A stretch of 62,078 nt of DNA, counting the filler, from Choristocarpus tenellus KU-1152 (taxonomy: Eukaryota; Protista; Phaeophyceae), in the NCBI GenBank assembly GCA_964200185.2. It is 11 parts of 11 records of this genome, joined end to end, with 100 filler letters (N's around TTAATTAATTAA, not from the genome) between each part and the next. Parts side by side here need not be neighbours in the genome. Positions count along the whole stretch, not along the records: positions 52,310 to 57,393 come from CAXNAD020011931.1; positions 57,494 to 62,078 come from CAXNAD020013901.1; 9 more parts are not named here. One strand, written 5' to 3'. Both the position numbers and the translations under genes were made by a program. Each line of letters starts with the position of its first letter. Within the stretch, counting starts at the first letter, position 1. The notes under the pieces were generated by a model that saw only the letters and a list, made by a program, of their open reading frames with translations, was not told the DNA's origin and did no database searches. Shown here in pieces: positions 52,210-62,078 of this stretch.

Positions 52210-52730
52210 NNNNNNNNNNNNNNNNNNNNNNNNNNNNNNNNNNNNNNNNNNNNTTAATTAATTAANNNNNNNNNNNNNNNNNNNNNNNNNNNNNNNNNNN
52301 NNNNNNNNNCCCGTGTCGGATTTGAAATGTCAGAAAAAAAAAAGGGCTTTTTTTCCGAAAAGGACCCCCCCTCACAACCCCCCCCCCCCCAGATACTTTG
52401 ACACCTATGCAAGCGATATCAAATCATTCAAGGAATAACACAGCACCAGAGTGAGAACAGAACGAGAACTGGATCAAAAGAACAGAAAAATATTACCGAT
52501 GTTGACGTATTTCTTAAACCTTCCACATATGAGAACAGTTCAAGAACTTTAGTAGAACAGTTCTTTAAAACAGACTTTCCATTATTGTGATAGAAAAGAA
52601 AATGAGAAAGTAAGACACAAAACAGGTTGTATGTCTGAATCTAAAATTTACTACCTCATTAGATAGTAGTAGTAGAATAAAATAAACAGCATTGGGAATG
52701 ACTTTTTCCTCCAATGAAAAAAGTCCCTCG

Positions 52731-52970
52731 CACAACTCAACTACAACACATTACATAACTCAACTACAACAAGTTACCCAACCCAATTACAGCTCAACTA
52801 CACTACACAACTCAACCTTAACACATTACACAACTCAACTACAACTTGTTACACAGATCAACTACAACACAATACACAACTCAACTACAACTTGTTACAA
52901 AGATCAACTACAACACAATACACAACTCAACTACAACACACTACACAACTCAACTACAACACATTACACA
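52731..52970. repeat. ~25-bp CA-rich minisatellite
   Basis: Repeated CACAACTCAACTACAACACA(T/C)TACA. Confidence 0.9.
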
Positions 52971-53684
52971 ACGGAAGAAGCTTCTGCATTTTCAATCAGT
53001 ACAATTTTCACTCCAAATTAGGGGAGGTAGTTCCCTATGATCAGGACAGTTTCATACATACACTCAGGAGGGAATTCACAAAAGGCTAAAACTCACAGAA
53101 AAAAAAAATGAACAAAAAGGTATACCTCAGTTAGGCACAAAAAAAAAGAAAAGTGGCGTGGACGTATCTACACAACCTCAGCTCGAATGGATCGGTCTAC
53201 ACACAGCAACATCAACATTCATCATCAACCCACATCGCTGAACAAAAACATAGTGAACGACAAAAATTGAGCGATATTACCAGGGATAAAACAGTGTGCT
53301 CCTTCCCATTCTATTCTGTACCTGGTAGAATGTTATTCCCAAAACGTTTCAATCAGCAACAGAAATTCATAATACCTGTGAAAAAGAGGTAACATTTCAT
53401 GTTACCGTGCCTTAATCTTGTTGGGAAAAATAATATACATATATATATTATAATTACAATTGCCAATAAGCACGGCCCTGTCAAAAGGGGGAGATTGCAA
53501 TGTGAATGTATCCCACGTGCCCGATATGTCAAGCAGGCCCTCGTAGTAGTGTGCCAAAAACAACCACTGTTGCTCATCAGATTTCCTCCACAATGCACCC
53601 CTAACCTTAACCCCAACTGCACCAACTAAGCATGGATCGCCCCCCACAAAACTCGACAAACAAATCGCATCGTCTCTCTCTCAC

Positions 53685-54500
53685 CTCCTCCTTGGTCAGA
53701 GACACATATTTCGCAAACAAAAGGATCTCTTCATGAAGAGAAAAAGGCATCCCATGGCTGTTCCAGCCACTTCCCCCTCCTTTCCCCTTGCAATGATCAT
53801 GTCTACTCCATCTCGCACTTCTTCCTGCAGTACCACTTTTGGTACCATTCCCCACCTCTCCACTGTACCGACATTCACTAATGAGAACTTCCCTACCCCC
53901 TAAGTTCCCGCCAGAGCTGAAGGGGCCAACAGCATTGAGTCTATTCAAACCAACACTAGCACCAGAGGTGCTTCCAGGGCTCGTAATATCACACGGATCA
54001 TTCGACCAAGAACCAGCACAGTTGTCCATCCCAGAACCATCAACACATGGTGCCGACCCCCGAGTGGTCATATTCCCTCCCCCTTCTCCCCTAGCCCCTC
54101 TGACAGGCGTGACCTTGACTCTAGCCCCAGCTTCCCTTGAAGCAGCAGTTGGCAAGGGGGTCATGGTGGAGGAAGTTGGACGGTTCGCGCCCTTTGCAGC
54201 ACGCGGCAAAAGTCCCACCAACCAGGGGGCCTCCCTAATGTGATTGTGTCCCCTGATTGCGGCCTGGAATGGGAGCAATGCACGGGGCTCAGCCGTGAAG
54301 GGTTGGGGTCTGCGAAGGAGTTCTTTGCGGTACTCCTTCAGGTTGTGTCTATCTTTCGACTCCATTCGGTCACTTTGGGGCATCCTGTTGCCAATCGTTG
54401 CAGATCCGTCAGCAGTAACATTTGACTGTAACATTCCCCTCGCTCGGCGCTTCTCTTTCCGAAGGAGAAGAGACTTCTGAGCAGCCTCTCGTCGGAGTCG
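53685..54500 (-). CDS. Large exon of a Trf4/PAPD5-like non-canonical poly(A) polymerase (low-complexity N-terminal region up to the start of the NTase domain)
   Basis: 300-aa open frame ending SLHEEILLFAKYVSLTKEE at a GTGAG donor, resembling the Trf4-family 'LHEEI..F..Y.S.T.EE' helix; catalytic exons not found in this contig. Confidence 0.6.
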
Positions 54501-55095
54501 CTGATTCAAGCGTGTGATACGATTTTAGGTGTGTCATGGTTCATCCAGACTAGGATGTTGGGTGAGATTGAAGCATGAAGTGGACATCAACTTTGAGCAG
54601 TACATCTTAGACATAAAGGCACAACTTCTAGAGTGGTGCAGCAGGTGAGAGGTCGTGGCACGGAGACTGGATGTGGACATTGGCGTGGACTTGTTGATTG
54701 ACGCCCATGCTCTCCAATTCGATTCCTTGTACGGTAGTTTGACAAGTCTTGCTCCACTAACCCATCTCTTTCCTCTGCGAATTAGTTTATACTGCGACTA
54801 TAAATGATGGAGGTTTGTGAGGGACACTGTCTGCAGTGATACGAAGCAAGTTTGAAGATGTACAACTCCTTGTGGAAGGGGTAAAGACAATCAAAGGGCG
54901 ACGACGATAGTAGGTAGAGTCAGTATGTAGAGTGACCTCGCCGCTACCATTGCATTCATTTTATACTACTACAAAAGGGTTATTATAGAGGAAGCTAGCT
55001 GGAAAGGGGAAGGGCGAGTCCCTCTCTGCCCCATCTCACTACCGTTACAACATGTCGGTTGTAGGGTGAATGTTATCATCCAATATCGACAATAC

Positions 55096-57210
55096 CTGCT
55101 TCTTGGATGAGCGGTCTGGAGGAGGACGACCCAGCCTTGGTGATCCCGCCTCTCCCTCAGACCGCATTGACGTGGTTCTTGGGCGAGTCATCCGTGGTCC
55201 TACTACTATATTAGTTCTTGGGTTGCCAAGGGTTATAGGTACACGGTGGGTGGTTTGGTGTATTGAGTTGATTCAAAGTAACAACTACCGATTTAAGAAT
55301 TGAGATACGTAAGAAAGGAAATCGGATGGTTACCAAACAATTTGTGTAGAAAATAGATGATCATGTCCTAACCCTACCTACCTACAATTAAACCAAACCT
55401 ATACAAGGTTGACCCACACAGAAGTGGATACATCTCTCTAAAGGGGTCATCAAAAGAATCAGACACCGACACAAACCAGTAAAAAAAATAGAATAGAGGT
55501 GGTGAAGGTTGAAATTAAAGGAGCACAATAGTCCTGGACCCTGGTAGAGGAATAAATGAGAGCACATTCTAGATCGAACATCTACATCATAATATTCAAT
55601 AAAAAGATGTTGGACAACGTGTAGAACGGAAGGGAGAGGTCTGATGATAGTTACATATATCCACTGCTTGGTGAAAACTGGTGGATACTACAAGCATGAA
55701 TAGCATCTTGATTAAAATACACCCTACCTAACCTTCGCATCTCCTTCAACTAGTCACAAAACACGAAGTACCCCCAACCTGCCAAAGAGCCCAACCAATT
55801 GAGAGATAGTCAGATTTCGACCCTTTTGCATTCTAACTATTATTTCTTACTCTGTGCGCTATGTTTCATTGCTTTATGTGCATAATAGGTTACAGAAAAT
55901 AGATACTCCCCCTTCCCACACACAAAGTGACCACGATTCAGCAAAGAAAGGCTCTTTCCGCAATTGAACAAAACGCCATCTTTTTAGACCTTTCTCAGAA
56001 TCCTTACAATGCAAGCCTGCCTACCTCTTGTTTTGAGTGTTTTGACTCCCAATCCTTGCAAAACACGCAAACAATGGCCACAAATACACCGTTTTTATTG
56101 ACAAAACCTTCCCCAACCATAACCAGCAATGCAGCACATAATCGATCACCAATACCTCAGCAGTTGTGGTCGATCACCCTTCTCTAGATCGCTTTGTACT
56201 ATATGCACTGCGTGGTGATGACACACATACATGAGAGAGAAGAGGACAGGAGGACAAACGTGGTGTCGCTCGAAACTCCCTCAACAAGAACCCTCATTCA
56301 GTTGCAGGAAGAGGTACTGATTGTAGCATACACAGACTTGTCTTGTCATCGACAACCAACATCTAGAATACATTGAGGTATGCACCTACATACATTCCCA
56401 CATTGTGATAGGTTCAACACAGTCCAGAAGAGGACGCTGGGTATAAGCAAATGAAACGTCACTACGACAGTTTGAGACAAGTTGATGGTTTGGAATAAAA
56501 ATATTTCCAGACAAGATCCATGAAAGCAAACCTCTAACCTCATGCTTCTTTGTCTTCCACACCAGTGCCCCTCAATCACCCTACAATTCTCACCTCCTTA
56601 TGCACGAAAACAGGCACAAGGTAGGGTCAAATCCTAGATACAAAACCAAATACGCAAGCACTTTCAAAACGAACGCAGGGGAAAAGGGGGGGCAAGGAGA
56701 GGGACCACGAGCAAGGAAAGTCCACCTTCTCGTAAACGCACTGAGCACAATACAGACAATAACCGCACACCCCAAAGAAGAACAAATACATAATTGAGAG
56801 GATACCATGGTCAGCACATCACATGTGACACGAGTATGGCCCCTCCTATCTTCTAAAGCAAAGGAAGGTGGCCAACAAACAGAGCAAGCGAACCAACAAC
56901 ACGGCGAGCTCAACGGTACCACCTCAAACCCCTCAATCACCAAGAACTCCTTGGATAGGTATGCCACATACACATTCTTTCAAACATTCAACACACCTCA
57001 CATAAATATTATACCAACAAATCTCACACCGGCCGATAAGGATCCAGCACCTAATCGATACAAACAAGACTAGGATATAGGAGTGTGTGTGTGTGTGTAT
57101 TGACCATACCTAATCGATGAAGACATTAGGGGAGGTACAGTACACAGTATCAGACTGCTCCATCAGAACATGAAAAGGGGACAAACACAGCATACCCAGA
57201 ATGGGTCTGC
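55096..57210 (-). CDS. Possible unidentified gene made of many short exons
   Basis: Several short AG/GT-bounded open segments (e.g. ~55096-55199, ~55655-55688 YPPVFTKQWIY, ~55779-55833 NAKGSKSDYLSIGWALWQ); full model not resolved. Confidence 0.3.
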
Positions 57211-57645
57211 CTGCGTGCCTGCCTGCCTGCCTGCCCGCCATGCACATGAGACCAGGGCATTGCACACAAGCAAACAACTCGAGTCAAAACAGAAACAACC
57301 AACGACAGAATCTGTGTAACATGATGGGGGGGGGGGGGGAAACAAACCCAACCGCACAAACAGACACAAAAAAAAAAAAACCCCCCCCAAAAANNNNNNN
57401 NNNNNNNNNNNNNNNNNNNNNNNNNNNNNNNNNNNNNTTAATTAATTAANNNNNNNNNNNNNNNNNNNNNNNNNNNNNNNNNNNNNNNNNNNNTCTCGGG
57501 TTAGGTTGTCCTCTTCTCTGGAGACTGTGATGGATAAGTTCCCTCGCCCCCCCCCGCCCCCCCTCTAATTGCCCACTCAACCAATCGACCAGTCAACCAT
57601 GCATTTATTCTCACCCACATAAAAAAAAATGTGGACACCTTGTCA

Positions 57646-58318
57646 GGTGACGGCGTTGCAGTGGGTAGCTCCAGTTCCTAGTGACTTGACCGGGGAGGGG
57701 AAAATGATCATGAAGGTGAAAACCCGCCATGGCTACAAGGAGTGTGCACTGGAGTTGCTCAATGAAAACGCCAAGCACGAGTGGGTCGATGTTGCTCGGC
57801 ATGTTGGGGCAGAGTCAACAATGACACCAACACCTCGGTCTTCTTCACATCGATATCATCCCGACCGGGACTCTGGGCTGGCCCCAGGGCAGTTTGGAGC
57901 GATCTATCTTGGGGAGGAGCGCTTGGCCACCGGAGTGATAAGCAGGTCCACGGCAACGTTTGTTGAGGAGGATTCAGCGACGGCTTCAGTGAAGCTGTAT
58001 GCAGAACAGTATTCACGATGTCCTGATCAGTATTCACGGGATAAAGCACCGGTGAGGGAAAGCAGTGAAGAGTCACGACTGGTGGCAGATAGGCAGTTGA
58101 GGGTGGAGGCTCAAGAAAGGGCGGAGGTTATGGAGGAGGAGAAGGTGAATAACATGTGGGCACCTTCCTCCACAGTATCACCGCCAATGGTGGCAAGGAA
58201 GGGAGGTGGAATTGAGAAGATGTTGGCATCTTCTGCGGCGAGAGAGAACAACAGTAGGATGAAGAGGGGTGACTTAGGACAAGAGAATGAGACTGGGTCG
58301 ATTCATCACTGGGGGTGA
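57646..58318 (+). CDS. Terminal exon of an unknown protein
   Basis: CAG acceptor at 57643-57645 followed by a GC-rich open frame of ~220 codons to TGA. Confidence 0.6.
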
Positions 58319-58752
58319 ATATAGTCGGTGTCTGATATTGACAATAGGGTTGGCTTACGACAGGAAGGTATGAAATCGTTGAAGACATCGTTTGGTTGGA
58401 AAGGGAGGGAGTGCGTGCGCGGTGGGGGGGGGGAAAGGGGGGTAGAGGACTGGTTTCTCGATAGAGGTGAGGGGAGATGCTTGTGCCGGTTGCATGCAGA
58501 GACTTATGTCTTCTGTGTAAACGTCCCTTATGGATGGGCTGTGGACTAGTATACTGCAGCAAATGCAGTGTGTAAAATTGATCCTATTTTTGTATAGAAG
58601 TGAATCAGGCCTTTCGTTCTGTTTCCTTTTTTGTGCCCTCTCCTTGTACAAATGAGGAGGATGTTGCATACATTCTTTACTACAGCATTTTTGTGCGTTG
58701 TTGATGGCCCCCACAGTTTCAGTGTTTGCCCTGATGGGCGGTTGGTGTTTTT

Positions 58753-58937
58753 GACTCAAAGTATCTGGGGGGAGAGGGGGTCTACACCAAGGTGTCCATT
58801 CGGACCCTGTCCAGGAAAAGTACATTTACATTATCCATCTGACACATGCAATCAAATCACACAATAATCGTGAAATGGAAAAAGGGGCCACAAATGGACA
58901 CCAGCCACCCCCCCCTCCCCCCCAGATACTTTGGTTT
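58753..58937 (+). mobile_element. MITE family A, best-preserved full copy (~185 bp)
   Basis: TIRs CAAAGTATCTGGGGG / CCCCCAGATACTTTG with internal GTGTCCATT and AATGGACAC inverted motifs. Confidence 0.92.
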
Positions 58938-60539
58938 GTTTTTCTTTTTTTGCTTCAAAGTGTGTTCTTCCCTGCGAACCCGGAAGGAAGGGAGATGAGT
59001 TGCACTCTTGCCATGTTACAACATGAAAGAAAACACCTGGTGCTGGCCTCAAGGCTGTCGTTTCTCACTTTGTGCCTACAAGGAGAAGAAAGCAGTGCAT
59101 GTCTGTTTGCATCAGACTTGCTGGCGTGGGGTAGAGTACTGATGTTAGCTTAGAAACGGCGTTCTGCTTGGTTTGAAAATTGTGGCTTGAGGACCTGGAA
59201 TCCTCCCCTGCGTTGTGTGTGTGTGTGTATTTTTGTGTGTATTTTTGTGTGTATTTTTGTGTGTGTATTTGCAAGTATTTTTTGGAGGCAACATATTCTG
59301 TGCAGTTGTGTACTAGTTCTTGTTACAACGTTATTTGTTTTCACCTGCTGGCGGTTGGTTTGACACTCAGATCCTTTTTTGTTGCAGCAACCTTTTTAAG
59401 AAAATGAAAGTTCCTTTTGATGATATGCTTCAGCCGTTGGTGCTCTGTGTCAGTACGGCATCGTGCGCCTCTTTAGCTTTTAGTGTATGAACCAGCGTAT
59501 CTGGATGTTGGTTGTGGTACTGTCAACGTGTTTTAGTTAAGATTGTGATCTTTTTCACCCCCTTCCACTCATGCACACCTGTAGAGGCGTGAGTCTTTCA
59601 CGAGCCCCACATTATCTTTGGATGTCTTGTCTGAGCAAAGGAAATCTTCTGGCCTGTGATAGTAGACCCTTCAGGAGGAGGGCATTGATTTTTCCTGCCT
59701 CCTGTCTTTGGTTCTGATGTGCCAGTGTTTTGTAGTCGCAATCAGAGTAATGAAGGCAGATATTGCTGCACTATAGTGCTCCCTGTTGGTATACCTGCTT
59801 CTGGGGGGGGGGGGGGGGGGGGGCTTAAAAGAGGACGGGCGGGGGGCGCAAAGGCGGGGGGGTACTTCAAAGAGGACAGGCAGGGGCACTACAAGTCCTT
59901 GTCATGCTGTGTATTGTGAGAGATAGCCTAGTATGTCACACTATTAATGTGGTAATGCGCATGGCAGTCTCTGCAAGATTCTGAACAAGATAGTGGTGCA
60001 CCTTGGTACAGCTGGAACTTTCAATTTGCTAAACGTGTTGTATTGATTTTTTAGTTTTTTTTTTCTCATGGGGGTTGTTAGTGTCATCGCCTGACGCATG
60101 TCATTGCACAAAAGGTGGAGGAAGGTTTGGGCTCCCAGGTGGACATGTACTCTAGTATGTACGAGTACTACGTATTGCTGTCCACAACTGTTTATTTTAT
60201 CTCCTGTCACCTATTCTTATCTTTATGTTGGGCATAGGGAATATTTTCTGTGCTGAACAATCCTGGAGACTACTGTACTGTGAAAGGCTGGATCCTGGCA
60301 ATCAATTTCAGGTGCCTATTCCATAGGTGGTGTACATACAGTGCATGGAACCTGCAAGGAGCTGGAGCAAGCAAGAAACAACAGGTCTTGTGTGCTGAGT
60401 TAGAGGAGTACAGTGCCCTGTGTTTCATGGTCAAATGTTATTTTTTAAAACGGATTTTTTTTTTCCTCTCCCCCAATCGCATTGTACTGTTTGTTCTTCC
60501 TTCCCAATCAGGTTTCACTATTGATCTCTCTCTCCTAGC

Positions 60540-61700
60540 CTCCCCCATCTCACTTTTTCTGTTTAAAAAAAAATGGTATCTACATGTTGAGACGGAATGA
60601 GTCTTTGACGTTTACTCAAAAGAGTAAACAACACGACCATGGAACCTCAAGACGAAACTTCTGACTAGATATGCCACTGCAATGTGTCTCCCTTGTCCTT
60701 TCCATTGTCTTGCTAAACAACAAAAATGATCTTCCCAGTGCACAGACGCTTAATGCACCCCACAAACCTGGTCATCCTCAGGATAGACCTGACCATTTAT
60801 TTCCATGATTATAAAGGGGGGAGTCTCACCAGAGCAGGCACGCATGAACCTAATAAAATAAAAAAACCTTGTGAGTGTGATAGATGGTACGCCTACAGTC
60901 CGGCATCCTCCACGGGTTCTCCTTCTATACACCAACCATTGACCCAAATCAAGGAGGCAATTCCCATACTTTGAAAGAAATGCAAAGGATGACAGTGATA
61001 CCACAGCATCCTACCTACAGTTCATAGTTTGTTCTGTCCCAGCAGTTGCCCCCAGGTACAACAGGCGATAAATTGTATTGCAGAGGCAAATAGCAGTATT
61101 GTCACCAAAACTGTCCATGGTTAGTGTACCTAATAGAAAGCAAGGCGTGATGTATGGGGGCTATGCTACATAAGCCGCTTAGTAGATGACTGAGGAACTC
61201 ACCCTTGTGGCAACAAAAGGGATGCAATTTTTTGGAGAATGACGAACCTTTGTGCTATGTCGGTGAAGTATAGCAATGAAAGTGCACTGGACTAAGAAAT
61301 ATGAACCGTTGGAGTAATGGAGTCATGGTGATCTTTGAGAGTAGAGGTTCAGGGAGATCTATTTGATCAGTTTTAAATGGAACTAGGAGGAAGTCAGCAC
61401 TGCCATCACAAAGTGAGTGTGGATGTATGTATGAGGACACCAAGCAATGAAATGGAGAAAAAAGTTCTTGTCCACATTATTCTTTTGTTTACCTTTAAAG
61501 AACTGGCGGAGATGGTGTTCAAAACAGCATACGCCTTCTTATGGAGGCAAAAATAGCTCTAACTCGTAAGGAACACTTCTCACAGTCACGATGAAAGAAC
61601 ACATTCTTTCCTTGCAAGAAGTCAGTTGACAGTCCTAGACACATCCCCACGTCCTTTTCAACCCAAACATGTTTTCAAAAGACAAAAAAGCAGCCCCTGG
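60540..61700 (+). mobile_element. Possible highly decayed Copia-like relic
   Basis: Weak integrase-like strings (WYLHVETE, HDYKGG, AYSP..TG) followed by RT-like composition; no intact motif. Confidence 0.2.
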
Positions 61701-62078
61701 TGATTCATAACACCTTTCAGGTTTTCATTAAACCACACACACACACACACTCGTACTCTAAAATAAATTATGGAGCGCTTCAGAGTATGAGATCCACTTT
61801 ATTTGAATTAATGAATTTGAACTCTTTACATTATTGTACACTACCCTCTTGCAACACAGCATTCAACCAACAAACATCCTTAAACAGACCGTTAGAGAGA
61901 CACTGTCATGTGGACAAGGGGAGGAGTGAAGGCCCTAACAAGGAGTAGCCATAAAGATCGACTTCCAATCACCACCGACCTCGCATGGCTGTTGCTCTAG
62001 AGATCACTGAGTCAGCAACTGACATAGCACTGCCACGCGAAACAACCCCATCACCCCCCCCCCCCCCCCCCCCCCCCC

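Noticed and set aside
53839-54243. Plus-strand Pro-rich ORF
   Set aside because: Antisense shadow of the Gly-rich Trf4-like exon

Overview
Eukaryotic, intron-rich genomic DNA, not prokaryotic. An ochrophyte stramenopile such as a brown-alga relative is inferred from the GT-AG introns, signal-peptide-plus-Phe plastid-targeting N-termini and interstitial TTAGGG. The window is 11 contigs joined by 100-bp N-TTAATTAATTAA-N linkers, so gene models are partial and adjacency across linkers is unproven. Most ORF-track entries are spurious. Spliced host genes reconstructed by eye: an At4g37920/PAC-like helical protein, an MFSD6-like transporter, the COG4 C-terminal half, a RUS/DUF647 protein, an ankyrin protein, a possible URB1/Npa1 N-terminus, a twin-CX9C protein and a Trf4/PAPD5-like fragment. 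Mobile DNA includes: a decayed Ty3/Gypsy element (LTR-PBS-gag-PR-RT-RH); a PIF/Harbinger element (Myb-like ORF plus DDE transposase); a decayed Sola2-like transposase; and two MITE families sharing a GRG(T/C)(C/G)AAAGTATCT terminus. The most notable observations are (1) a ~727-nt fold-back hairpin filling the Gypsy 5' leader between the PBS and gag, (2) a probable Sola2-type transposase/MITE system, and (3) a TTAGGG insertion flanked by an 18-bp direct duplication.
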